A stretch of DNA of 64,000 bases from Planctomycetota bacterium (GTDB taxonomy: Bacteria > Planctomycetota > Brocadiia > JAADGH01). The stretch spans positions 96,001-160,000 of the forward strand of contig JBFMAD010000006.1 in the NCBI GenBank assembly GCA_040755855.1, given 5' to 3'. Position 1 is the stretch's first letter, and each line of letters begins with the position of its first letter. The position numbers and the translations under genes were made by a program. Of the stretch, positions 18,665-27,565 are shown piece by piece. Below the pieces are notes generated by a model. The model searched no databases. It was not told where the DNA came from and saw nothing but the letters and a program-made list of their open reading frames with translations.

Positions 18665-18832
18665 GGTCTGACCGGGCAGGCCGACGATATCCCATGTTTC
18701 GATTTGGTAGCCGAGCGCCCGCTGAGCGCAAAGGCTGCGAACGCGCTCTTTTAGCGATGAGTCCGGGTGGACTTCGCGGTAGAGTGCGGGCGCTCCGGCT
18801 TTATGTTTCAAGAGATAACAATCCACGGCCCG
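18665..18832 (-). pseudogene. Degenerate internal fragment of a second hydE-like gene
   Basis: DCYLLKHKAGAPALYREVHP...ERVRSL...LGYQIETWDIVGLPGQT aligns with HydE DRYLLRFETSNRELYDLIHP...DRIAIL...LGYETGSGVMIGIPGQT; lacks the CxxxCxxC motif. Confidence 0.65.
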
Positions 18833-18917
18833 AAATGTCTCCTGAGGCGCGAGCATGTGCCATTCTACCAGAATCAGCGATCGGATCACAACCAGGTATA
18901 GACCTCCCGACGGTTGC

Positions 18918-20318
18918 TCAGATGTACACGTCTCGTTTCCCTGCCCGCACCTCTTCCACCATCTTCGTGGCGATCCTCTTTTGCTTATCGGTCATGCCTT
19001 GGAGGACGGTCGCGACGAGCTGCTCGCCGACCCGCCGCGTTTCCGGCGAGGCGTAATCTATGAGATATTCCATGAATGTAGAGAGCGCATTCGGATCGCA
19101 GTGGAGCTTGATCTGTCCGGGCTTGGCCAGGTCCATGAAGTCCTCGCCCGTCCGTCCGAGCCGATAGCAGGCGGTGCAGAAGGAGGGGATATAGCCAAGG
19201 GATGCGACGTCGCGGATGACCTCGTCCAGGGGGCGATGGTCGCCGAGGGAGAACTGCGCGGCGCTGGGCTTGGCCTCGTCGGTGGAATATCCGCCGGGGT
19301 TGGTGCGGCTGCCGGCGGAGATTTGGGAGACTCCGAGGGCGAAGGTCTCGCGCCGAAGGTTGGGCGTCTCGCGGGTGGACATGATGATGCCGGTGTATGG
19401 GACGGCCAGCCGCAGGATGGCGACGATCTTGCGGAAGTCCACGTCGGAGATCGGGTGCGGGGGGTGGCTTGCAATCTCGGACCCGACGGCGGGCTCCAGG
19501 CGCGGCACACTGATGGTGTGCGGGCCGACGCCGAATTGCTGTTCAAGGTGATGGATGTGCTGCGTCATGGCGAGGATTTCGAACCGCCAGTCGCACAATC
19601 CAAAGAGCACGCCGATCCCGACGTCATCAATCCCCGCCTCCATAGCCCGGTCCATGGCCGTGACTCGCCACTCATAGTCTTTCTTCTTGCCGCCGGTGTG
19701 GACCTTCGCGTAGGTCTCGCGGTGATAGGTTTCCTGGAAGAGCTGGTAGGTGCCGATGCCGGCGGACTTGAGTTGGCGAAATTCCTCGACGGTCAGAGGG
19801 GCTATATTTGCGTTGACGCGTCGAATCTCGCCGTTGCCGCTTTTCGTCTTGTAGATCGTCTCGATGGACTTGAGAACATATGAAAATCCTTCCTTGGGAT
19901 AGGACTCGCCGGCGACGAGGAGGATGCGCTTGTGCCCTTGTTCTTCGAGGATGCGGACCTCGCGGGCAATCTCGTCCTGGGTCAGTGCGCGGCGTTTGAC
20001 CTCCTGGTTGCGCGCCCGGAAGGCGCAGTAGAGGCACTCGTTGGAGCATAGGTTGGAGATGTAGAGAGGAGCGAAGATGACCAGTCGCCGGCCGTAAATT
20101 TTTTCCTTCACCTTTCGGGCCGCGGCGAAGAGATCGCGCAGGAGGTCCGGATCGCTGATTGCCGCGAGCACGGCGATCTCGTCCATGTCCAGGCCCTTAA
20201 GCCCCTGCGCCTTGACCAGTATCTCGCGCACGCGCCCGGCGTCGCGGACCCTGGCGGCGGCCAGGCATTGTTCGATCTCGGCCTCATGGATGGGAATGGC
20301 AGACTGTTTCGTGTTCAT
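18918..20318 (-). CDS. hydG: [FeFe]-hydrogenase maturation radical SAM protein HydG
   Basis: FAPLYISNLCSNECLYC, FQETY, HTISVPR and C-terminal PSFCTACYR...C. Confidence 0.97.
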   Translation of the reverse strand: MNTKQSAIPIHEAEIEQCLAAARVRDAGRVREILVKAQGLKGLDMDEIAVLAAISDPDLLRDLFAAARKVKEKIYGRRLVIFAPLYISNLCSNECLYCAFRARNQEVKRRALTQDEIAREVRILEEQGHKRILLVAGESYPKEGFSYVLKSIETIYKTKSGNGEIRRVNANIAPLTVEEFRQLKSAGIGTYQLFQETYHRETYAKVHTGGKKKDYEWRVTAMDRAMEAGIDDVGIGVLFGLCDWRFEILAMTQHIHHLEQQFGVGPHTISVPRLEPAVGSEIASHPPHPISDVDFRKIVAILRLAVPYTGIIMSTRETPNLRRETFALGVSQISAGSRTNPGGYSTDEAKPSAAQFSLGDHRPLDEVIRDVASLGYIPSFCTACYRLGRTGEDFMDLAKPGQIKLHCDPNALSTFMEYLIDYASPETRRVGEQLVATVLQGMTDKQKRIATKMVEEVRAGKRDVYI

Positions 20319-21385
20319 GGCGAATCCTTTCGTGCTGCTAATCCTACCCCCTTCACAGCATCGCCTCGTCCTGCGCCAACCTGTCTGCCAATGGACAGGA
20401 TACGGCGCGTGAGGCAGGCATGACAGTCCTCGGCGGTCTCGCTGATGCAGACCTTGGACGGGTAAATCTCATAGAGCGCTCGATAGGCCGGCGGGGTCAG
20501 ATTGGGCATCACGACGTTGGCCCCGCGCATAAGCCCCAGCTCCCGGCCTTGCGCCCTGTTGACCGTGGCCAAAGCGGTGGTGCTGGGGATATTGGCCCTT
20601 GGACAAGCGATCCGCGACAGGGCGATCACCTTGTAGGTCATCAGCTCCGTATTGGGCGCATGAGAAGAGGTTCCTGGCGCCTTTTCCCTGCCGAGCGGCG
20701 TCGCGGGGTGGGAAAGGTACGGCCCGACGCCGATCATGTCCAGGTCGAGCGTTTGGAACAGTTCAATATCCGCCGCCAGGTCTTCGTAGGTCTGCCCCGG
20801 TATGCCGATCATCACCCCGCTGCCGGTTTCATAGCCGAGCCGCTGGAGTGTGCGGAGGATGGCAATCCGGTCGGAGCGCTTCCGGGACAGGGGCGGATGG
20901 ATGAGGTCGTACAATTCCCGGTTTGACGTCTCGAAGCGGAGCAGGTAGCGGTCGGCCCCCGCCCGACGCCAGGCGCGCAGGTCTTCATCCGGTCGCTCGC
21001 CAAGGCTCAGCGTGACGGCCAGTTCCGTCGCGGCCTTGATCTGGCGGATGATGCGCGCCATCCACTCGGTCTCGATGCCGTAGTCCTCGCCCGATTGCAG
21101 GACGACGGTCCCATAGCCATACTCCACCGCCCGGCGCACGCAGTCCATGACCTCCGGTTCGGTCATTCGATAGCGCTGGAGCCGCCGATTATCCGCGTTC
21201 AGGCCGCAGTAGGCGCATTGGCGGACGCAGAAGTTCGAGACCTCGATGAGGCCGCGGAGATGGACGGCATCGCCGACGTTCTCGCGGCGGACGGCGTCGG
21301 CGAGGTCCCAGAGTCTCTGCAGGGCATTCTCGTCATCCTCCCGAAGCCATTCGAGGATCTCGCACCGGCTAAGTCGCGCCTCCAC
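20315..21385 (-). CDS. hydE: [FeFe]-hydrogenase maturation radical SAM protein HydE
   Basis: LRGLIEVSNFCVRQCAYC, LQSGED, RYLLRFET, PSTTAL, GANVVMPN, YEIY. Confidence 0.95.
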   Translation of the reverse strand: MEARLSRCEILEWLREDDENALQRLWDLADAVRRENVGDAVHLRGLIEVSNFCVRQCAYCGLNADNRRLQRYRMTEPEVMDCVRRAVEYGYGTVVLQSGEDYGIETEWMARIIRQIKAATELAVTLSLGERPDEDLRAWRRAGADRYLLRFETSNRELYDLIHPPLSRKRSDRIAILRTLQRLGYETGSGVMIGIPGQTYEDLAADIELFQTLDLDMIGVGPYLSHPATPLGREKAPGTSSHAPNTELMTYKVIALSRIACPRANIPSTTALATVNRAQGRELGLMRGANVVMPNLTPPAYRALYEIYPSKVCISETAEDCHACLTRRILSIGRQVGAGRGDAVKGVGLAARKDSP

Positions 21386-22877
21386 CGTTGGTTCCTTTCG
21401 CCGCGCTCTCCAAGATGGGCAGGCTTACGCTAAAAGTACTCCCCCTTCCCACGGCAGTTTGCACGATGATCCGCCCCTGGTGCATCTCGACGAGCCGCTT
21501 TACGAGACTCAATCCGAGGCCCGTGCCGGGCACGTAGGCGGTGTACTCGTTCTTGGCGCGGTAAAACTCCTCAAAGATCTTGCCCTTCTCCTCTTCGGTC
21601 ATGCCGATGCCGTCGTCCTTGACGACGACTCTCACATACATCCCGTTGTGCTCGAGGCGGACGTTGACGTGCCCCCCGTTCGGCGTATACTTGATGGCGT
21701 TGTCCACCAGGTTCTTGACGATGCTGTGGATGGCGTCGCGGTCGGCGAGGGCCGGCTCGATATCCCCGGGTTTCTCGAAGGAGAGTTGGATCTGCTTTGC
21801 GTCCGCGTTTTCCTTGCATTCCTCTACCACCGCTGCGGCCACCGCCGCCACATCCAGGGAAACGCGCTTGATTGTGAAGCGCCCCGTCTCGATAGCGGTG
21901 AGGCCCATGAGGTCCGCCACCATCTGCCGGAGGGCCTGTGTGCGGGCCAGGGAGCGATCGAGCATCTTCCGCGCCTTTTCGCTCACATCGCCTCCCATGC
22001 CGCCAAGGATGACGTTCAGATAGTTCTCGATGGCCGCGAGGGGGCTTTTGATCTCGTGGGCCACCATGGAAACGAACATGGATTTCTCCTCTTCGAGTTT
22101 CTTCCGCGCCGTGATGTCGCGAAGGACGGACACGGCCCCGATCGTCTCACCGCTCGGCTCCCGGACGGAACTCGTGTTCACCATATACGTGCTCTCGCCG
22201 AAGCGAATTTCCTTGGAGAGGATCGCCGGGCCCGAGGCCGCATGAAGAGCATCGCGCAGCAGGACCGCGAGTTCCTCGCACTTGAGCGCGCTGAGCGGGG
22301 CGGGGGTATCCACGGAGCAGCACTCGGCCACGACGCGCGATGCGGCGGTGTTCTGCAGGACGATCTGCCCCTCGCGGTTCACCGCAATGACGCCGTCGGT
22401 CATGCAGTTGATGATGGTCTTGCTCTGGGACCGCTCGTAAGCGACCTCGAGCATTCGGCGCTCGCGTTCCTCCTGCAGGCGCTTGGCGCGAAGAATCAGC
22501 TCGCGCCTTTCCAGGCCATTGCGCACAGCGAGGAGAAGTTCGTCGGGGGTGAAGGGCTTGGGGATGTACCCATACGCGCCTCGCTTGGTGGCCTCAACGG
22601 CGGTCTCGATGGTGGCATAGGCGGTGATGACGAGGAGCACGATGTCGTCGTTCTGTTGGCGGATTTTCTCGATGAGTTGGACGCCGTCCATGCGGGGCAT
22701 TTTCATGTCTATGAGGGCGGCGGCGAAGTTGCGGCGTTTCTCGAAGATCTCGAGGCCGGCCATCCCGTCGGCGGCGGTCTCCACTTCAAACCCTTCGGCG
22801 GTGAGAATTTTGCGGCAGCCCTCGCGCATGCCCAGTTCGTCATCAACAACCAGGATTCGGACCGGCTCGTCACTCAT
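21369..22877 (-). CDS. Hybrid receiver-PAS-histidine kinase
   Basis: N-terminal REC (VVDDE, DMKMP, KP), PAS, H-box VAHEIKSPL, NAIKY and GTGLGL. Confidence 0.9.
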   Translation of the reverse strand: MSDEPVRILVVDDELGMREGCRKILTAEGFEVETAADGMAGLEIFEKRRNFAAALIDMKMPRMDGVQLIEKIRQQNDDIVLLVITAYATIETAVEATKRGAYGYIPKPFTPDELLLAVRNGLERRELILRAKRLQEERERRMLEVAYERSQSKTIINCMTDGVIAVNREGQIVLQNTAASRVVAECCSVDTPAPLSALKCEELAVLLRDALHAASGPAILSKEIRFGESTYMVNTSSVREPSGETIGAVSVLRDITARKKLEEEKSMFVSMVAHEIKSPLAAIENYLNVILGGMGGDVSEKARKMLDRSLARTQALRQMVADLMGLTAIETGRFTIKRVSLDVAAVAAAVVEECKENADAKQIQLSFEKPGDIEPALADRDAIHSIVKNLVDNAIKYTPNGGHVNVRLEHNGMYVRVVVKDDGIGMTEEEKGKIFEEFYRAKNEYTAYVPGTGLGLSLVKRLVEMHQGRIIVQTAVGRGSTFSVSLPILESAAKGTNGGGAT

Positions 22878-23296
22878 GGTCTCTCTTTCTCCCTGCGTCC
22901 GTTGAGAAGTTCCCGCACCTTGGCCAGCAGATCGCCGGGCGGAACGGGCTTGCTGAAGTAGGCGTCGGCGCGCATGGCCGCGAGTTCATCGGATGTGCGG
23001 GGACGGAAATCAAACCCGCGCCGGCTGCTCGCCGCAGTGACGATGATGATGAAGACGTCGGCGAATTCCGGTTCTTCCTTGATCCGACGGGAGAAGGCAA
23101 ACCCCGAATCGAGGTCCTCCATCATCAAGTCCGTGATAACGAGGTCCGGTTTCTCCTCCCTCATGTACGCTATTGCGGACTGCGGATCAACAAAGCAAAT
23201 CGTCCGATATCCGCCGTCTTCGAGGACTTCCTTGTTCAGGTCGAGGAAGTCCCGGTCATCATCCACAAGCACAATCATGGGCAACGTATTATCCAT
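22874..23296 (-). CDS. Single-domain response regulator
   Basis: LVDDD, DLMM, SKP. Confidence 0.9.
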   Translation of the reverse strand: MDNTLPMIVLVDDDRDFLDLNKEVLEDGGYRTICFVDPQSAIAYMREEKPDLVITDLMMEDLDSGFAFSRRIKEEPEFADVFIIIVTAASSRRGFDFRPRTSDELAAMRADAYFSKPVPPGDLLAKVRELLNGRREKERP

Positions 23297-23298
23297 TT

Positions 23299-23700
23299 TT
23301 ACACACCCCGAGACGAACGGACCCCGAGCAGCCTCTCCACTTCCTCAAGTAGTTGCGGCAGGCGAACGGGCTTTTCAAGAAACGCATCCACCGGCAGCCA
23401 CGTTTTGTCGGGGCCGAACCGGAACGGCACGGTGTCATTTACCGATGTGAGGAGTAGAATCGGTATGGTCTTCGTCTGTTCCCGATTACGCAAGTCGCGG
23501 GACAGGTTGAAGCCCTCGGTTTGCGTCTCCATCATCACATCCAAGATAATCAAATCCGGCCTTTCCAATCGAATCTTCTCGGCGCACTCGCCGCCGCTGT
23601 ATGCCACGCTTACCTCGTACCCTCTTTCCCGCAAGGCAGCCCGGTTTGCCTCCACAAAATCCACATCATCATCCACAAGCAGGATCTTTTTCCCGGTCAC
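23299..23700 (-). CDS. Single-domain response regulator
   Basis: GTG start after RBS AAGGAG; LVDDD, LDVMM, EKP. Confidence 0.9.
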   Translation of the reverse strand: MTGKKILLVDDDVDFVEANRAALRERGYEVSVAYSGGECAEKIRLERPDLIILDVMMETQTEGFNLSRDLRNREQTKTIPILLLTSVNDTVPFRFGPDKTWLPVDAFLEKPVRLPQLLEEVERLLGVRSSRGV

Positions 23701-23713
23701 CGGAATCTCCTTC

Positions 23714-25759
23714 CTACGTCGTGGAGTCGGCGCCGCCCCGCAAGATACTTGACACTGTTGCGGCCTCGTCCCCCACATGTGCAGTCGGGAGACGGATCGT
23801 GAATGTGGTCCCCCTGCCCTCCTCGCTGTCCACGGAAATATCTCCGGAGTGCATTTTCACCACCCCATAGGCGATGGCAAGTCCCAGGCCAGTTCCCTTG
23901 CCCATGGCCTTTGTCGTAAAGAAGGGCGTAAAGAGCTTGGATTGGTTTTCCTTTGAAATGCCGCAACCATTGTCGGCGACCCGGATTTCCACCGATCCGT
24001 TCTTGTCGCACTTGCCCACGGTGACGGACACATGGCCGTTTTTCTCGACTGCATCAATGCCGTTCTGGATCAGGTTAATCAGCATCTGCTTGATCTGTGT
24101 AGCGTCTATGAACATGGTGGGCAGGTCGCCTGAGATATCGCTGGTCAGCTTGACGCCTACGGCCTCAGCCTTCGGTCCCATGATGGCCATCACTTCGTCA
24201 ATGAGTTTGGAAAGATTGACCGGGGACTTCGAAACGCGCGACTGCCGGGCGAAGTCGAGCAGGCCGCGCACGATGTCCTTGCATCGGGTTGCTTCGTTGA
24301 CGATCATCTCCAGATCCGGTCGGCGCTCATCCTGCCCCTGCAGCTGCTTCAGCAGCATGTGGGAGTAGATGAGGATCGTGCCGAGGGGGTTGTTGATCTC
24401 ATGCGCCACGCCGGCCGAGAGCTGGCCCATCGAGGCGAGCTTTTCCGTCTGAACCAGACGCGCCTGGGCGGACGCCAGTTCCTCATGGGACTGTCTCACC
24501 CTGTTCAAGGCCGTCTGAAGCTCGTCAACAAGGTACGGCAGGCACATCTCGGCCTCAGCGAGGCCCTGGCAGACGGCGATCGCCTTTTCACGGCAGGAGC
24601 GATAGCCGCAGGCGCCGCAGTTCAACTGGTCTTCCGGGGCGAATTTCTTCATGGCCATCAGCGCCCGGTTGATCTCCTCTTCGGTCGGGATGGGGAGCTT
24701 CATGTCCTGCCGGGTAAACTCGCGGCGGAGATTGATGTCCTTGAATTCGTCAAGTGACTCCACCAGCTCTTTTTGACTGGTAAACCGATTCTGCTCGTTC
24801 ACGAAATCGGCGAGGACCTCTTTGCGTTTGATCACGCTCAGGTCATTGAGCATCTTCGGGCCGTTGATACAGCCCTCGCAGAAGAGCACGTCGAAGAGCC
24901 TGGCATGGCTCTTGCCCTCGGCCAAGTCCTGAAGGGCGTCGAGGACGCGGTCTTTGCCCTCTGTGACCACAATTTCGTTATCGAGGATATCCGAACTAAG
25001 CCCGGCGCTTTTCAGCAAGCCGCCCGATATGGGGAACGATCGCGCCAGGAGCGAGCGGGGGCCGTCAAAGCCGCTTTCAGGCATCTCCTCCACGCCGATG
25101 CCCGCTTCATCCAGCATCCTGACCAGCTCTTTGTAGGTGAGAACGGCATCCACCGTTCCGGCCACCTTCGGATCGCGAATCTCGTTCTTTTTTGCTATGC
25201 ACGGTCCGATAAAAACGACGCGAACCTTCTCGCCGTGCCGATGCCGAATCGCCCGCGCGATGGCTATCATGGGGGAGACGATGGGCGCGAGCGCGGTGTG
25301 GAGGGACGGCACGTATTTTTCCACGAAGGCGACAATCGCAGGGCACGGCGTGGTAACGACGGGACCGGTCGTGTCCCGAATGGTCTCGAAGTACCTCCCG
25401 TATTCTCGGCTGAGAAGCTCCGCGCCGAAGGCGACCTCCCACACCTCATGGAAGCCCAGCGCTCGTGTGGCCGCGATGATCTTGCCGGGGGCGGTCGGGT
25501 GAAAGGCCGCAGGGAAGGACGGCGCGATACAGGCAAACACACGTTCCTTCCCCGCCAGCATCCGCTTCACGGCCTCGGTGCTGTCCTCGATCAATTTGGC
25601 CTGCTGGGCGCAAACCTTGACGCAGTTCCCGCACACGATGCACCGGTCCTCGATGACCATGGCCTGGCCGCCCTCCACCTTGATTGCCTTCGCGGGACAT
25701 TCCCGCACGCAGGTGTAGCACCGTTTGCATTTTTCCGGGATGGTTGAAACAATACCCAT
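23714..25759 (-). CDS. Sensory [FeFe]-hydrogenase-like protein (group C-type) fused to a histidine kinase
   Basis: 2x[4Fe-4S] N-terminus; H-domain motifs APSF, TTPCP, GPCIAKKNE, FCEGCINGP; FeS motif NCGACGYRSC; H-box AHEINNPL; HATPase. Confidence 0.88.
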   Translation of the reverse strand: MGIVSTIPEKCKRCYTCVRECPAKAIKVEGGQAMVIEDRCIVCGNCVKVCAQQAKLIEDSTEAVKRMLAGKERVFACIAPSFPAAFHPTAPGKIIAATRALGFHEVWEVAFGAELLSREYGRYFETIRDTTGPVVTTPCPAIVAFVEKYVPSLHTALAPIVSPMIAIARAIRHRHGEKVRVVFIGPCIAKKNEIRDPKVAGTVDAVLTYKELVRMLDEAGIGVEEMPESGFDGPRSLLARSFPISGGLLKSAGLSSDILDNEIVVTEGKDRVLDALQDLAEGKSHARLFDVLFCEGCINGPKMLNDLSVIKRKEVLADFVNEQNRFTSQKELVESLDEFKDINLRREFTRQDMKLPIPTEEEINRALMAMKKFAPEDQLNCGACGYRSCREKAIAVCQGLAEAEMCLPYLVDELQTALNRVRQSHEELASAQARLVQTEKLASMGQLSAGVAHEINNPLGTILIYSHMLLKQLQGQDERRPDLEMIVNEATRCKDIVRGLLDFARQSRVSKSPVNLSKLIDEVMAIMGPKAEAVGVKLTSDISGDLPTMFIDATQIKQMLINLIQNGIDAVEKNGHVSVTVGKCDKNGSVEIRVADNGCGISKENQSKLFTPFFTTKAMGKGTGLGLAIAYGVVKMHSGDISVDSEEGRGTTFTIRLPTAHVGDEAATVSSILRGGADSTT

Positions 25760-25771
25760 GCTTACGACTTC

Positions 25772-27544
25772 CTATACCTTCGCTCTCTGGATGTACTTCG
25801 TGTGCAACAGATGATGCGACCGCTCTCCGAGCGGCTTCTCCAGAAACTCCGCGTAAATCTGTTTGACCTCCGGGTTCTCGTGCGACTTGCGCAACTTTTT
25901 GCCTTCATCCTCCTTGTAGATTGCGGCGATCCTGGCCTTCCGCACCTCATCGGTAGTCATCCTGGGCTGGCCGCCGCCGCCGATGCACCCGCCCGGACAG
26001 GTCATGATCTCGATGAAATGGTACTTGGCTTCGCCGGACTTCACCCGCTCAATCACCTTCCTGGCGTTGCCCAACCCGTGGGCCACGGCAACGTTCACCG
26101 TTACGCCTTCAAGGAACGACCAGTCCGGGACCGTACCGGTGATCTTGACCGACGCCTCCTTGACCCCGTCGAGGCCCTCAATCGGCACGACGTGGAGATT
26201 GTCGAAGGGCAGTGGTCTGCCTGTGATAATCTCGTACGCCGTCCTGAGCGCCGCCTCCATCACGCCGCCCGTATTGGCGAAGATGTCCGCCGCGCCGGAG
26301 GACATCCCCAGGGGGGCGTCCATCTTGTCGTCCGGCAGGGAATTAAACTCGATGCCCGCTTCCTTAATCATACGGCCAAGCTCGCGCGTCGTCAAGACTA
26401 CATCCACGTCCCGGACGCCGCTCGCCTTCATTTCTTCCCGCTGGGCCTCAAACTTCTTGGCCGTGCAGGGCATGACGGACACGACGAAGATGTCCTCCGC
26501 CTTCTTGCCCAGCTTCTGGGCATAGTAGGTCTTCGCCACGGCGCCGAACATCTGCTGCGGCGATTTGCAGGTGGATATATTCGGGAGGATCTCTGGGTAG
26601 AAGTACTCTGCGAACTTGATCCATCCGGGAGAGCAGCTTGTGAACATGGGGAGGGCCACCTTCTCCTTGGTCACGAGCGCTTTCTTGAGACGGGTCAGAA
26701 GTTCCGTGCCCTCCTCGATGATCGTCAGGTCGGCGGTGAAATTGGTGTCGAAGACGCCGTCGAAGCCGAGCCTGCGGAGGGCTGAGACCATCTTTCCCGT
26801 CACCAGCGTCCCCGGCGGATAGCCGAAGCACTCCCCAAGCGCGGCGCGGATGGCGGGCGCTGTCTGGACGACGACATGCTTGTTCGAATCGTCCAGAGCG
26901 TTCCAAACCTTTTGAATTTCATCCTTCTCACTAATGGCCCCGACCGGACATACCGCGGCGCACTGCCCGCATTGAACACAAACCACATCAGCAAGGCTTG
27001 CGCAAAAGGCGGGACCCACCATTGAACTAAAGCCGCGATTCTGCGGGTAGAGTCCTCCGACACCCTGGACCTCGTTACATATCGTGACGCACCGCCGGCA
27101 AAGGACACACTTGGATGAGTAACGAACAAGCGCCGGCGTGCTGTCGTCAACCATCGTCCTACTCTTCTGCCCCTGATAGCCTATCTCCCTGATGCCCAGC
27201 TCGCGGGCCAGGGCCTGGAGCTCGCAGTCCTCGTTCCGATCGCACGTTTGGCAGTCGCCCTCGTGATCCGAGAGGATGAGTTCCACGACGGTGCGCCGGG
27301 CGTCTCGAACGCGCTTGGTGTTGGTCCTGACCTTCATGCCTTCGCTGACGGGCATGACACATGAGGCCACAAGGGTTTTCGCCCCGTCCACCTCCACCAG
27401 GCAGACACGACAGGCGCCGATCGCCTGAACATTTTCAAGATAGCAGAGCGTGGGAATCTTGACGCCGGCCTGCTTTGCGGCGTTGAGGACCGTGGCGCCA
27501 TCAGGAACCTGGACCTCAATATCGTTGATCGTCACTTTCGGCAT
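25772..27544 (-). CDS. hydA: [FeFe]-hydrogenase catalytic subunit (multimeric, group A3-type)
   Basis: L1 TSCSPGW, L2 MPCTAKKFE, L3 EIMTCPGGCIGGGGQ; N-terminal 2Fe-2S, His-ligated and 2x4Fe-4S clusters; SHHLLHT. Confidence 0.97.
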   Translation of the reverse strand: MPKVTINDIEVQVPDGATVLNAAKQAGVKIPTLCYLENVQAIGACRVCLVEVDGAKTLVASCVMPVSEGMKVRTNTKRVRDARRTVVELILSDHEGDCQTCDRNEDCELQALARELGIREIGYQGQKSRTMVDDSTPALVRYSSKCVLCRRCVTICNEVQGVGGLYPQNRGFSSMVGPAFCASLADVVCVQCGQCAAVCPVGAISEKDEIQKVWNALDDSNKHVVVQTAPAIRAALGECFGYPPGTLVTGKMVSALRRLGFDGVFDTNFTADLTIIEEGTELLTRLKKALVTKEKVALPMFTSCSPGWIKFAEYFYPEILPNISTCKSPQQMFGAVAKTYYAQKLGKKAEDIFVVSVMPCTAKKFEAQREEMKASGVRDVDVVLTTRELGRMIKEAGIEFNSLPDDKMDAPLGMSSGAADIFANTGGVMEAALRTAYEIITGRPLPFDNLHVVPIEGLDGVKEASVKITGTVPDWSFLEGVTVNVAVAHGLGNARKVIERVKSGEAKYHFIEIMTCPGGCIGGGGQPRMTTDEVRKARIAAIYKEDEGKKLRKSHENPEVKQIYAEFLEKPLGERSHHLLHTKYIQRAKV

Positions 27545-27565
27545 GGTTCCACCTCTCCTCTCGGT

